27,581 bases of DNA from the IMG/VR virus record IMGVR_UViG_3300025127_000204, positions 1 to 27,581 of that record; one strand, 5' to 3'. The notes beneath the pieces were generated by a model that searched no databases, was not told the origin of the DNA, and saw only the letters and a program-made list of their open reading frames with translations. Below, piece after piece: positions 1 through 10,352 of this stretch. The first letter of the stretch is position 1; every line of letters starts with the position of its first letter. The position numbers and the translations under genes were made by a program. This stretch comes from a virus (Duplodnaviria > Caudoviricetes).

Positions 1-307
1 TCTCACGAAGCCATGTGTACGCTTCCTCCTTTTTATCAACAGGTATGGAAGCACCATAGACAGGTTTAACTTCTACTGAAGTCCCGTCTGCTAATTTTAA
101 TGTAGAGATGTTCATCTCTTGCATCATTGTAGGTATCACCTCAGATGATACTAATTCTACTTTTCTTTTTACTTCTTTGAGCTCTTGCTCTTTTACTAAA
201 AGTTCTGCTTCTAACTCTTGTAATTTTACTACTTGATCGGATAATTTTTTGGCATCATTAGCACCATCTAAATCCTCTCTTTGGTCTTTTTCAAAATCAA
301 TCGACAT
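1..307 (-). CDS. Conserved phage hypothetical protein, coiled-coil N-terminus (partial, runs off the left edge)
   Basis: Not in the ORF track. ATG at 307-305 preceded by AAAGGAGAAATCG. Open to the window edge: MSIDFEKDQREDLDGANDAKKLSDQVVKLQELEAELLVKEQELKEVKRKVELVSSEVIPTMMQEMNISTLKLADGTSVEVKPVYGASIPVDKKEEAYTWLRE. Confidence 0.85.
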   Translation of the reverse strand, partial: MSIDFEKDQREDLDGANDAKKLSDQVVKLQELEAELLVKEQELKEVKRKVELVSSEVIPTMMQEMNISTLKLADGTSVEVKPVYGASIPVDKKEEAYTWLRE

Positions 308-659
308 CGATTTCTCCTTTCTCATATAAGTTTATTTTTAAAGGATAGTACATTTTTTCTTGTCTATCCCATTTTAACAAATTAAATTTTCCATTTGTTA
401 ATTCAGAAACTATAGAACACGCTATACCAATTATTGCAGGGTCTCCAGTTAATAATAAATAATCTTCTGGAGTATAGTCTTTTAAAAGTTTTCTTAATTT
501 AAAAACTAATGGTCCAGGAGAAAAAATTATTTGAGAAAATTCTGGCAATAAAAATTCAAAATCACCATATTCTCTTGCACTCATAATGTTAATTTTAGGA
601 GCACCAGCTTTTGTTCCAGGCAATTCTTGTATTACGTAAACTTTTTTTCTTTCTGACAT
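297..659 (-). CDS. Conserved phage hypothetical protein
   Basis: ORF track 297..665 starts at TTG; the ATG at 659 is more likely. Contains DYLLLTGDPAII and LLKWDRQ. Overlaps the downstream gene start by 11 nt. Confidence 0.8.
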   Translation of the reverse strand: MSERKKVYVIQELPGTKAGAPKINIMSAREYGDFEFLLPEFSQIIFSPGPLVFKLRKLLKDYTPEDYLLLTGDPAIIGIACSIVSELTNGKFNLLKWDRQEKMYYPLKINLYEKGEIDVD

Positions 660-705
660 TGACAAACAATATAGGATCTTCTATATAGATGTCAACTAGA
701 AAGAA
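647..705. promoter_or_regulatory. Overlapping divergent sigma70-type promoters within an imperfect palindrome
   Basis: + strand TTGACA(659-664)-17-TATATA(682-687). - strand TTGACA(695-690)-16-TATATT(673-668). Outer inverted repeat TTCTTTCT(647-654)/AGAAAGAA(698-705). Confidence 0.7.
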
Positions 706-713
706 TAATTATT

Positions 714-2147
714 ATGAAATATAAATTTAAAACAGAGCCCTACGCTCATCAATTGAAAGCTTTAGAGCTTTCTTGGGATAAATCTTACTTTGCTTATTTT
801 ATGGAAATGGGTACTGGTAAGTCCAAAGTATTAATAGACAACATTGCTATGCTGTATGATGCAGGCAAAATAAATGGTGTCTTAATTGTGGCACCAAAAG
901 GTGTATATAAAAACTGGTATGATAGTGAATTACCTACACATATGCCAGACCACGTTGAATACAATGATGTATTGTGGCAAGCAGCTATAACTAAAAAACA
1001 ACAAAAAGAATTAGATCAAGTTTTTCAACCGGGAGAAGATCTCCATATTTTAATCATGAATGTAGAAGCTTTTAGCACCGCTAAAGGCGTAGAGTTTGCA
1101 GCTAAATTTTTACGTTGTCATAGAACCTTAATGGCTATTGATGAGTCTACTACAATAAAAAACCCAGACGCTAAAAGAACTAAAAATATATGTTCTCTTG
1201 GTGAATATGCAGGATACAAAAGAATACTTACAGGATCTCCTGTAACTAAATCACCATTAGATTTATATAAACAATGTGAATTTTTAAAAAAAGAATTATT
1301 AGGACACACTTCTTATTACACTTTTAGAACTAGATACGCTAAGATGAAGACTGCAAACTTTGGTGGACGATCTGTACAAATAGTTACAGGGTATCAACAC
1401 CTTGCAGAACTGTCAGAAAAACTAAAACCTTTTTCATACCGTGTATTAAAAGATGATTGTTTAGATCTACCAAAGAAAACTTTTATGAAACGTGTTGTGC
1501 AACTAACACCCGATCAAAAGAAAATTTATTTACAGATGAAACAATTAGCTCTTGCACAAATGGATGGAAAAATAATGACTACTGCTACTGTGTTAACTCA
1601 ATTAATGAGACTACAACAAATTACTTGCGGTCACTTTACAGCAGATGATGGCACCATAAAAGAAGTTGACTCAAATAGATTGCCGGAACTTATGAATGTA
1701 TTAGAAGAAGTAGAAGGTAAAGTTGTTATATGGGCCCATTGGCAAAGAGATGTTAATAGGATAATCCAGGAGATAAGTAAAAAATTTGGCGAAAATAGTT
1801 TTGTAGATTATTACGGTCCTACACCAATGTCAGAACGTCAAACTAATATAGAAAAATTCCAAGATCCCAGTTCCCCGGTTCGTTTTTTTATAGGCACGAC
1901 TCAAACTGGTGGTTATGGTATTACACTTACTGCTGCTAGCACCATGATATATTATTCAAATGGTTATGATCTAGAAAAAAGACAACAGTCAGAAGCTAGA
2001 ATAGATCGTATTGGTCAAGAATACCCTATGACTTACATAGACATTATGGCTGAACATACTGTTGATGAAAGAATTGTAAAAGCTTTAAAAAAGAAAGTAG
2101 ATATAGCTAGTCAGATTATGGGTGAGGAATTAAAAGATTGGATTTAA
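714..2147 (+). CDS. SNF2-family (SF2) phage helicase/ATPase
   Basis: Motif I MEMGTGKS, motif II DEST, motif III TGSP, motif V TGGYGITL, motif VI QQSEARIDRIGQ. HQLKAL Q-motif near the N-terminus. Confidence 0.93.
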   Translation: MKYKFKTEPYAHQLKALELSWDKSYFAYFMEMGTGKSKVLIDNIAMLYDAGKINGVLIVAPKGVYKNWYDSELPTHMPDHVEYNDVLWQAAITKKQQKELDQVFQPGEDLHILIMNVEAFSTAKGVEFAAKFLRCHRTLMAIDESTTIKNPDAKRTKNICSLGEYAGYKRILTGSPVTKSPLDLYKQCEFLKKELLGHTSYYTFRTRYAKMKTANFGGRSVQIVTGYQHLAELSEKLKPFSYRVLKDDCLDLPKKTFMKRVVQLTPDQKKIYLQMKQLALAQMDGKIMTTATVLTQLMRLQQITCGHFTADDGTIKEVDSNRLPELMNVLEEVEGKVVIWAHWQRDVNRIIQEISKKFGENSFVDYYGPTPMSERQTNIEKFQDPSSPVRFFIGTTQTGGYGITLTAASTMIYYSNGYDLEKRQQSEARIDRIGQEYPMTYIDIMAEHTVDERIVKALKKKVDIASQIMGEELKDWI

Positions 2148-2629
2148 TTAACTACTTTACCACCAGACCATTTCATGTCCGGTAATCCTTCAGTGTATTT
2201 TTTTCCGTCAAAAGTTAAAACTTGTTTTCTGTTTGCACCAGATTCGTGATAGCTAATGTGAACCCAGCCACCTGCTGGATCATCTTTATCATAGAACTCA
2301 AGAATTAATTGGTCAAAGTCTACGTTATTTTGCAGCCAGTAAGCTGTTTGAATATTTGGCACGCCAAATATTTCTAGGTCACAGGCCTGGCCCTTTGCAT
2401 GTTGCGAAGTTTTTTTACTGCCGATTGCTTCACACAGCGCCTCGCTCCGGTAGCCCGAGGTAATCGTAACTGGCCTGTCAAAATGTGCACGTAGCGGTTC
2501 AAGAACCTCATAACATAAGTCACCTAAACTTTTAATCTCTCCAGCGCCTGGAGTATTGTCAATACCTTTCCGAGTCGCTGTCATCGACTTGGTCATTTCT
2601 TTTAAAGTAAAGTGTTTCGATAGTTGCAT
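2144..2629 (-). CDS. Peptidase M15A-family endolysin (Zn peptidase)
   Basis: LSKHFTLKE, ITSGYRS, SQHAKGQACD (H-x6-D) and WVHIS motifs. Last gene of the late region. Stop codon overlaps the helicase stop at TTAA 2144-2147. Confidence 0.9.
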   Translation of the reverse strand: MQLSKHFTLKEMTKSMTATRKGIDNTPGAGEIKSLGDLCYEVLEPLRAHFDRPVTITSGYRSEALCEAIGSKKTSQHAKGQACDLEIFGVPNIQTAYWLQNNVDFDQLILEFYDKDDPAGGWVHISYHESGANRKQVLTFDGKKYTEGLPDMKWSGGKVVN

Positions 2630-2640
2630 GAAAAATTTTT

Positions 2641-2829
2641 TTATCTAATAATTAAAGCAAATATAACATATGCCATACCCGAGATCAATGCTCCAGTAGA
2701 CACTAATAAGATGCTTTCTACGCGGTTAATTTGACGCTCAAGCTTATGTATTTTATCATGCGTTTGCTTTTGCATAATTCTACAAAGCTTTTCGTGATCT
2801 TCTATTTTTTGTAATGCGTTTTTAGCCAT
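2641..2829 (-). CDS. Small membrane protein, putative holin-like (coiled coil plus one C-terminal TM helix)
   Basis: ATG at 2829 directly after the previous stop. C-terminal ILLVSTGALISGMAYVIFALII is hydrophobic. Lies immediately upstream of the endolysin. Confidence 0.55.
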   Translation of the reverse strand: MAKNALQKIEDHEKLCRIMQKQTHDKIHKLERQINRVESILLVSTGALISGMAYVIFALIIR

Positions 2830-2830
2830 A

Positions 2831-5800
2831 TTAATTATTTCCAAATAGTAAATCTAATTTCTGTTGTGTTGTCAAGTTAGAAAAATTACCGCCTTGTACT
2901 TGAGCCGACACAGCATTAACATCAATGTTAGGTAGATTAAGCGTTGTTGGACCGAGTGGTGTGTCTTGCATAATAACTTCTAGTGGATTTGCAAAGACGG
3001 GGAACTCAGCAAGATTTAAACTTACATCTGCAAACCTTCCTTCCAATTCTGAAATTACATCCGCAGCTGCATCATAAGGATTAGCAATACCTATTTTTGC
3101 AGCGTTTTGTTCAAACGCATCTCTAACTTCTTTAGATACTCTGTAAGGTCTAAAAACATTTTGTTCAATTGCATTTATTTCTTGATTAGAAATTCTATCT
3201 AATGCACCGTAAAAACCATCTTCAGAAATATTTAATAGTCTTGCAGCATCCATGTCGCCTTTTAAAGTTTTCTTTACATTAAACAATGCACGGTTAGCAT
3301 TTATGTATGCATCTACAATTTCTTTAGGTTCAATTGGTCCACCTTTTAATGCAACTCTAGTAAATAAACTTCTTGAATCCCTTACACCTTTTTGAAAATC
3401 TGCAACCTTAAAATTCATTGCTCGATCAGGATTTACTTTTACAGCTCTGAAACCAAACAAACCTTGAAACTCGTCGCCAAATTCAAACTCTTGACCATAC
3501 TCATCATACTTACCTTTAGTAATTACATCAACAGACTCTATAGATCTGTCTAATCTTTTTAATTGATCAACAGAAAAAGGCATTTGTGCTTTTACTAAGT
3601 GTGCAAATATTTTACTGTTACGATCACCAGCTGTATCTTGCTCACTGTAAACTTGAAACCCTTCTCTTGTTCTACCACCTCTAGCTATAATATCTAATGC
3701 AGCTTCTGTCCAAATAGACTCCGAAATAAATGGTTGACCAAATTCTGACATGGCTGTGAACATACCTTTTGCAAAGTCATCCATAATACCATCTTGATCT
3801 GTTCTACCATCTTGGACAGCATTAACTACAGTTTGTAAAGGTCTAATTAATGTGTCGTATGCATTAGCATGACTGAAATCTATGTATTTAAAAGTGCCGT
3901 CATCTTGTTTTATAGGCAATAAAGTAGAGTTTTTAGACCATTGGGCTGCAAACCTACGGATAGCTTCTCTTTCCTCGTCTGTGACGTCGTATAGGGCCTG
4001 AAATGCTGCTGTTGTAGCTACTGGTATAGCTGCAACTGTAGTCGTAAAACCTAGTAATCTAGTATATCCAATACCTTCCATAGGTTTCACAACTCTACCA
4101 TCAGGTAAAGTTATAGTCTCATTTATCTCTCTCAATGCTCGTCTTACAATATTTGTACCTGTTCTAGCTATCTCTGCTGGAAAAGATACGAAGTTACCAA
4201 TTGGTAGTTTTCTTAAACCTTTTACAAAGTCAGACACATAATCGTAGTTAGGTATATTGTTTCTTACAATGTCTGCAGCTTCTTGTTTTAAAAAAGTTTC
4301 ATCAAGTCTTACATCAACACCATTACGTTTAAAAAATTGTCCTCTTGTTACACCGATTTTTTCGTAAGCTTTTTCTAATCTAGATTTTTCTACAGCCCAA
4401 GAATATATTTTCCAAAAGTCATCTTCTGCTGTGTATAAATCTTGTGACACTTGTTTTAATTTTGATAATGGTTTTAATAATAATCTCATGCCTTTGTCAG
4501 ACGTCATAGTCTCACCAAAGTTTACATCTTTTAATAGTCTAGATAAATCTCCTAGTCTTACGTTAGAGTTTACAACACCTAGTTCTAACAACTCTTGATA
4601 CAAATCGTTTTGTTGTCTTGTACCTTTAAGTGGTGTTTGTAGAGCTTGGTAAGCTTGTTTGATTGCTCCTACATCTGCTGCTGGTATAATACCATTAGCT
4701 GCAGCAAAAGCTCCAGCACTTACAAAATTACGTAAGTGTGTCACCGGTGATAAAATTGTTTTAGCAATTTGTGATGTAGCTTTAGGATATAGTACTAAAC
4801 TTTCATACAGTCTGCCTAATATGCCTGAGCTTTGTGTATTTAAAGATGTAGCTTTCATGGCTTCAGCGACACCTGGTCTTGCAAAGAAAGGTTTTGCAAT
4901 ATCACCAAAAGGATTACTTGCACCTGATGCAATGTTTACGTTTAAAGTTTGTGCAGGATCAATAACTTCTATTCTAGTAAAGTCGTCACCAAAAAAAGCT
5001 CTGGCTTCTTGTTCTGATCTAGCAAACATTGGTTGTGGCACTGCTTGTTTGTCGGCAGCTGCTGTCCAATTAGCAACAACTTCATCATTCTTTTTTATAA
5101 GATCATCATAAAACAAATTACGTCTTGTTATTAAAGATAATTTAGCCATACCACCGATCATTGTTTGCATAGGATTTTTTTGTTTACCAAACAAATCATC
5201 AAATACTTTTCTATCGGCTGCTGATTCTAAATCTCTAATAGATATTCTAGCAATACCACCACGTTTAACCGCATCATCTAACGCAGTTCTGTTTACAAAA
5301 AAATCTGGTATATTAAATAATGCATCAGAAGGTTTATCCATTCTTATACCTTTAGGTAGACCAGAAGTTTTTAATACGTTGTTTACTATTTGCTCTGCTT
5401 CTAAATCTGTAATATCTTTACCAGCTTGTCTTGCACTATCTTTAAATAAAGTTTTAGCATTTTCAATTGCTTCGGCAGAAGGTTTGTATCGCATCCATGG
5501 TAAGATACTTCTGTCTTGAAAAATATCGTAAGTAGAACCAAGATAGTTTTTAAACTTATTACCAAACAATGATTTAAATGCTTGAATGTCTTGTGCATCC
5601 AGTGATCCACCTAATTTAGAAAATAATTCAGACCATTTACTTCTCATTACTGATAGACCACCAAGAATAGATTTTTCTAATTCCTCTGCTGCTTCTCTAG
5701 TTGGTGCATATTTTCTTATGCCATCAATAACTTTTTGTTTAGCTGCTGCATCTATTTCTCCAAAAGTTGCAACACCATCATCGCCTAGTCTTGCTTCACC

Positions 5801-6742
5801 AGATAATAATGCATCATTTACATCGCCTAAAAATTTTGTTCTTTCTTTTGCAGACTGTTTGTTAAATACAGTACGCATTGGTGGAAACAATTTATCCACA
5901 TCTACATCTAGCTCTCTTGATAAATTTCTTGCAACGTTTGCATCAGCTGCTTGAGCACCAATAGATTGTCTCTCTATATCAAAAAATTCTTGAGTCTTAC
6001 CACTACGAGCTCTAAATTTAGATGCAACAGTATCAATCCATCTATCTAATTTTGAATTAGCTGTGTCTAATCCTTTGTTTCTGTCTGTTATTTTTTTAAT
6101 AACTCTGCCTGTACCACTTAAGATACCTGTAAATAATGCACCTTCTGTACCAAATTTAATTCTATTTAAAATTTCTCTTGTTGCATCCGGATCAGTGTCG
6201 CTTCTATCTATTTTAGTTGGACCACCAATAAGATCTCCAAACGTACCAATAGCTTCTGCATCACCAACAAAAACACCTTCTGCTATACCGCCACCTAACG
6301 CACCGGCAACAAATTGTCTACCTTTACCTGCTGCTGTAAGTTCTAATGCTTCGTCAGCTGCATCAACTAATTTTTTATTTGATAGTCTCACATACTTATT
6401 ATTCTTACCTGCAAGCATTGCAGTCTTTGCCATACCGCTAGCAGATTTAAATGCAATACCACCAGGTACACCAATGTTTACTAATGCTTCTGTAATTTTA
6501 CCAGCAGCTGTTGCCTCTGCTTTCTCGTCAAATTCTGTAAGATCATCGAACCATTGTTCGACTGCAGCAGCTTTACCACTGTTAACACCAAGGTCCATAA
6601 GACTTGCACCTAAAGAAAAGAAACCTTTTGGTATAGCAATTAAACCTGATGCTACACCCGATAGCATAGATTCTATTGTACCTACTTTACTAGCTCTGTT
6701 TGCTGTATCGAAATAAGCTGAATAATCAAAGTTTGAGGCCAT
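2831..6742 (-). CDS. Large internal virion (ejection) protein
   Basis: 1303 aa, apparently alpha-helical and Ala/Gly-rich. Last and largest gene of the block after the nozzle, as in podoviruses. GAGG upstream of the start. Confidence 0.7.
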   Translation of the reverse strand: MASNFDYSAYFDTANRASKVGTIESMLSGVASGLIAIPKGFFSLGASLMDLGVNSGKAAAVEQWFDDLTEFDEKAEATAAGKITEALVNIGVPGGIAFKSASGMAKTAMLAGKNNKYVRLSNKKLVDAADEALELTAAGKGRQFVAGALGGGIAEGVFVGDAEAIGTFGDLIGGPTKIDRSDTDPDATREILNRIKFGTEGALFTGILSGTGRVIKKITDRNKGLDTANSKLDRWIDTVASKFRARSGKTQEFFDIERQSIGAQAADANVARNLSRELDVDVDKLFPPMRTVFNKQSAKERTKFLGDVNDALLSGEARLGDDGVATFGEIDAAAKQKVIDGIRKYAPTREAAEELEKSILGGLSVMRSKWSELFSKLGGSLDAQDIQAFKSLFGNKFKNYLGSTYDIFQDRSILPWMRYKPSAEAIENAKTLFKDSARQAGKDITDLEAEQIVNNVLKTSGLPKGIRMDKPSDALFNIPDFFVNRTALDDAVKRGGIARISIRDLESAADRKVFDDLFGKQKNPMQTMIGGMAKLSLITRRNLFYDDLIKKNDEVVANWTAAADKQAVPQPMFARSEQEARAFFGDDFTRIEVIDPAQTLNVNIASGASNPFGDIAKPFFARPGVAEAMKATSLNTQSSGILGRLYESLVLYPKATSQIAKTILSPVTHLRNFVSAGAFAAANGIIPAADVGAIKQAYQALQTPLKGTRQQNDLYQELLELGVVNSNVRLGDLSRLLKDVNFGETMTSDKGMRLLLKPLSKLKQVSQDLYTAEDDFWKIYSWAVEKSRLEKAYEKIGVTRGQFFKRNGVDVRLDETFLKQEAADIVRNNIPNYDYVSDFVKGLRKLPIGNFVSFPAEIARTGTNIVRRALREINETITLPDGRVVKPMEGIGYTRLLGFTTTVAAIPVATTAAFQALYDVTDEEREAIRRFAAQWSKNSTLLPIKQDDGTFKYIDFSHANAYDTLIRPLQTVVNAVQDGRTDQDGIMDDFAKGMFTAMSEFGQPFISESIWTEAALDIIARGGRTREGFQVYSEQDTAGDRNSKIFAHLVKAQMPFSVDQLKRLDRSIESVDVITKGKYDEYGQEFEFGDEFQGLFGFRAVKVNPDRAMNFKVADFQKGVRDSRSLFTRVALKGGPIEPKEIVDAYINANRALFNVKKTLKGDMDAARLLNISEDGFYGALDRISNQEINAIEQNVFRPYRVSKEVRDAFEQNAAKIGIANPYDAAADVISELEGRFADVSLNLAEFPVFANPLEVIMQDTPLGPTTLNLPNIDVNAVSAQVQGGNFSNLTTQQKLDLLFGNN

Positions 6743-6745
6743 GTG

Positions 6746-8023
6746 TTACCTCTTAATATTTGTTACTTGACCTTCTGTAATAGTAACTAAAACATCACCT
6801 ACAGTATAATCACCATCTGCTAAATCTTTACCTTTAATAACTTCTTGGGTTGCAGCTATAATTATATCTTGTTCTGATATTTCTCCAGAACCTTTAGCTT
6901 TTTCCATTACGTCTGTTAGTTGTGTTTTTGTAAGTAAATTTCCTTTAAAGTTTTCTGATGCAACAGAGGCTGCAGCGTCAATTGCTGCTTGTCCAGATAA
7001 ATTTTTAGATGCTGCGATTTTAGCTTCTGCAAAACCAGTATTTAAATCTTTGTCTATTTTTTCCATTTGTTTTAATCTGTATTCATTTAAAAGTTTATTT
7101 GTTGGATCTGATGCTTTAATATCTTTTTCAATCTCACCTTTAAGTATAAGTGTATCAATAGCGTCTTTAGTTTTAGCTGGTTTATCAAATGCTTTACTAG
7201 TTGTTTGTATAATTTGATTAATTAAACTACCATCTTTTATAGCTCCTTTTAAATCTCCACCTGCTTGGTTAACAGCTTGACTAGCTGCAATTAAAGAATC
7301 ATACGCAGCTTGTTTATTCATACCTTTAATATCCATGATGTCTCTGTATTTTTGAATTTTTTCAGCTCTTAATTCTTCTGAAGTTTTTGAAGTTCCACCA
7401 CCTGTAGTAATTTTATCTTTAATTTGTTCAACAACTGTATTGTTATCTGCTCCTGATTCTGCACTTAATTCTTCTACTGTTTTAGGAGTGCCGTCAGGTT
7501 TTAAAACTGAGTACATAGTTCCGCCAATTACAAGTGTTCCTGTGTATGGTTTAACTGCTTTTAATCCTTTAACAGTTGCACCTACAGTAGGAACAATACC
7601 TCTTTGTAATGCAGCATAAATATTTTGGTTAGTTGGTCCGCCTGGTCCAAAAGGAGCCAGACCATATGTAGTTTCTGTGTTAAATTTAATTGGTGAAACC
7701 TTGCCACCTTTAGTAGGATCGAATCCAGGTATCTTTTGAAATTTTATACTTGGATTTGTTTTTATATTATCAACACTTTTAACAGTTGTTTTAGGTGTAC
7801 CAGTAAATAATTCTTTTGTTTTTCTAAACATTGCTGGAATAAAACCACCTTTGTCACTAGCTACAATACCCCCTTGCACTGGTTTAGGTTTAAAAAAATT
7901 TTTAATAGCTCCTCCAACACGTCCGGCTAAATTGTAACCTTGTCTTGGTTCTTTAATACCAGACATAATCCCTTCTTTTATAGGGCCACCATATCTAAAC
8001 ATTGGTCTATTTAATGGTTTCAT
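6746..8023 (-). CDS. Putative internal virion protein
   Basis: 425 aa, N-terminal LNRPMFRYGG motif, TAATG-coupled to the upstream gene, located in the ejection-protein block. Confidence 0.6.
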   Translation of the reverse strand: MKPLNRPMFRYGGPIKEGIMSGIKEPRQGYNLAGRVGGAIKNFFKPKPVQGGIVASDKGGFIPAMFRKTKELFTGTPKTTVKSVDNIKTNPSIKFQKIPGFDPTKGGKVSPIKFNTETTYGLAPFGPGGPTNQNIYAALQRGIVPTVGATVKGLKAVKPYTGTLVIGGTMYSVLKPDGTPKTVEELSAESGADNNTVVEQIKDKITTGGGTSKTSEELRAEKIQKYRDIMDIKGMNKQAAYDSLIAASQAVNQAGGDLKGAIKDGSLINQIIQTTSKAFDKPAKTKDAIDTLILKGEIEKDIKASDPTNKLLNEYRLKQMEKIDKDLNTGFAEAKIAASKNLSGQAAIDAAASVASENFKGNLLTKTQLTDVMEKAKGSGEISEQDIIIAATQEVIKGKDLADGDYTVGDVLVTITEGQVTNIKR

Positions 8024-8229
8024 TATCTCTTCCTCGTCATTGCTTTGCCAAATCCACGTTTAGCTTTGCCACATCCTCTAACTCTACCACCATCTTTAAA
8101 AAGTCCAGAGTAGCCACCAGCTTTTGCTAATAGATCAGCAATAGTAAGTCCTAAACCTCCGCCACCCATGGTCCAATATTTTGCAGTATTTAAAGTTTTT
8201 TTACCAATTCCGTCTTTTTTATCAGCCAT
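8023..8229 (-). CDS. Small basic Gly-rich virion-associated protein
   Basis: 68 aa ending FKDGGRVRGCGKAKRGFGKAMTRKR; fills the gap between flanking genes. Confidence 0.7.
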   Translation of the reverse strand: MADKKDGIGKKTLNTAKYWTMGGGGLGLTIADLLAKAGGYSGLFKDGGRVRGCGKAKRGFGKAMTRKR

Positions 8230-8231
8230 AA

Positions 8232-9095
8232 TTACTTACCAAATATTTTTCCGTACAATCCACCAACACCTAAAGCTGTAGATAATGCAGTAGAGAATGG
8301 ACTTGCTGGAGCAGGTTCTGCATATTGTGGTCCTGCTACCCCTCCTGCTATACCAGTTAATGCGTTACCGTATTGTGAAAGTCTTCCATAAGGTTCGTAA
8401 GCTCCAGTTCTTGCTGCTTGTTGATCAGCAGTTAACTGAGCTTGAGATAGACCTTGTCTTATTGCACCAAGAGATCCTAATGCAGAAATGTCTTGACCCA
8501 TGTTTTGTCTTGCAAAATTAGATAAACCAAATTGTTGATTAGCTAAACCAGATTGTAATCCTGCTAGTTGTGCACCCTGACCAAATGCTTGATTAGCTAA
8601 TTGGTTTGCTTGTGTAAAACCACCTTGTAGTAATTGTGCTTGAAGAGCTGCTCTGTCTGCTAGTCTGTCCGATTGATACTGACCTAACTGTGCACCTTCT
8701 CTACCACCACCAAAATTTCCTGATGAGTAAGCAGCATCTTTAATAGCTTGTTCACCAGCTATGCCTTGTCTGTCATACTCTGCTAAAGTTGTATCAATAA
8801 CTTGTTGTTGATACGGAGACATAAAAGATTGATATGCTGTTGGACCCGTTAACGCACTAAGACCACCCACGGTCCCTGCTGCTTGTTGCTGGGCTTGTTG
8901 TGCTGCAGTTAAAAACGGTTGATAAGAACCAACACCTTGTTGAGCTATGTTGATAGCTTGTGTTTGTAATGGATCTTCACCTGCAACAAATTTTCTACCA
9001 GTAAATGTATCAGTATTTATTGGTGCTGAATAAGTTGCCGTTGCTTGTGTTGCAAAATCTTTTATTGCCGGTTCTATAAAATCTGCTATTGCCAT
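8232..9095 (-). CDS. Putative internal virion/DNA ejection protein
   Basis: Q/A/G-rich, with SPYQQQVID and GNFGGGREG motifs. Hydrophobic Gly-rich C-terminus typical of pilot/ejection proteins. Confidence 0.65.
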   Translation of the reverse strand: MAIADFIEPAIKDFATQATATYSAPINTDTFTGRKFVAGEDPLQTQAINIAQQGVGSYQPFLTAAQQAQQQAAGTVGGLSALTGPTAYQSFMSPYQQQVIDTTLAEYDRQGIAGEQAIKDAAYSSGNFGGGREGAQLGQYQSDRLADRAALQAQLLQGGFTQANQLANQAFGQGAQLAGLQSGLANQQFGLSNFARQNMGQDISALGSLGAIRQGLSQAQLTADQQAARTGAYEPYGRLSQYGNALTGIAGGVAGPQYAEPAPASPFSTALSTALGVGGLYGKIFGK

Positions 9096-10333
9096 TATAT
9101 CATCCTCGATTGTAACATTTGTTGTTGATCATACATTGCTTGCGCACCTTCTAATCCTTGTGACTCCTCAGATACTTGACCACCGGCCTCTAAGTTGTTC
9201 ATTAAATTTTCCATAATTTCAGCGCCTTTATCTATATCGCCGCCTCCTGCATTTCTAACAGCATCTGCTGTAAATACAAATTCATTTTTTGAAAGTCTTG
9301 CTGGTACATCGTCAGCTCTTTCTTTTCTACCTAGGTCTACAAAACCACCAGTTTCTCTGTAATCTTTTTCTTTGCCATCCATGTCTATTAAAGGCATTAC
9401 TTCTTCTGCTACTTCAGTTTCCATAATTCCACCTTCTTGTTTACCCATTCTACCACCATTAGCTGCCATAGCTACTGGTTGTTCCATACCTGCACCTTCT
9501 GGTGCAGCTTCTTGCATTACTGCTTTTACAAATTGTTCAAACGATAATGTGCCGCCTTTGTTTTTATATTTAACAAATTCTGCCATCAACATTTGTTCTG
9601 CTTGAGCTTGACCTGCGCCGCCACCCATATTTAAAAATGCTGGTTTTGGTCTCATTCTTTGACCTGCAGCTGTTCTAATAAATTCTTCTTCATCATCTTC
9701 AACCATCATACCATTAGCGTATCCGATTCTACCACCATCCGCATTAGGTTGATAAAAATTTTCCATTACATATTTTTTTTGTGGCATGAATGCTAAATTC
9801 TTTCCACCTGTGCCCATGTAATAATCTCTTGCACTTTGTCTAATAGCGTCAACGTCCATAACATCTGTTACTTCTTCTACTTCGTCTTCACCTAAAGCAT
9901 CTGCTATAAAAGGTGCTGCAATTAAACCTGCTCCTCCTGTAAGAAAAGCTGTTTTAGCATCAAAGTTTGCACCAAAAGGATTTAATTTTGAAAAGAAACC
10001 TGCCTTGCCTGTACCGCTAGCTACTCTAGGACCACCCATTAAAAATTTACCACCCGCAGTTGGAGCAAATCTACTTGCAAGACCTGCCTTAGCTGCAGCC
10101 ATAGTGGCTCCTATTCCTTGTTGTCCAAATAAACCTGTTGCTGCTCCACCAAAACCGGCTCGACCAAATAGACCACCTATACCTGTTCCAGGTATTCCAA
10201 ATGCTAATGCACCACCCAAGGCTATTTTACCTATAGGACTTTTAGCAATTTTCTTAACGCCTCGTACCGCTTTTTTAACGATACTACCTAATCCATACAT
10301 TTGTCTGGGTTCTTGCATTCTAGATATTGCCAT
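9095..10333 (-). CDS. Putative internal virion protein with repeated xxGG motifs
   Basis: Gly/Ala-rich hydrophobic N-half, ADGGRIGYANG and ANGGRMGKQEGGIM motifs, C-terminal ADDVPARLSKNEFVFTADAVR domain. Confidence 0.65.
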   Translation of the reverse strand: MAISRMQEPRQMYGLGSIVKKAVRGVKKIAKSPIGKIALGGALAFGIPGTGIGGLFGRAGFGGAATGLFGQQGIGATMAAAKAGLASRFAPTAGGKFLMGGPRVASGTGKAGFFSKLNPFGANFDAKTAFLTGGAGLIAAPFIADALGEDEVEEVTDVMDVDAIRQSARDYYMGTGGKNLAFMPQKKYVMENFYQPNADGGRIGYANGMMVEDDEEEFIRTAAGQRMRPKPAFLNMGGGAGQAQAEQMLMAEFVKYKNKGGTLSFEQFVKAVMQEAAPEGAGMEQPVAMAANGGRMGKQEGGIMETEVAEEVMPLIDMDGKEKDYRETGGFVDLGRKERADDVPARLSKNEFVFTADAVRNAGGGDIDKGAEIMENLMNNLEAGGQVSEESQGLEGAQAMYDQQQMLQSRMI

Positions 10334-10352
10334 AATTTTACCTTAATTGTTC

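Noticed and set aside
1118-1648. Small ORFs nested in the helicase gene
   Set aside because: Short and fully overlapping a conserved gene, with no coding signal.
4659-6716. Long + strand ORFs (150, 122 and 217 aa) antisense to the 1303-aa gene
   Set aside because: Ser/Pro/Ala/Leu-rich mirror-frame shadows produced by the codon bias of the real gene; no recognisable motifs.
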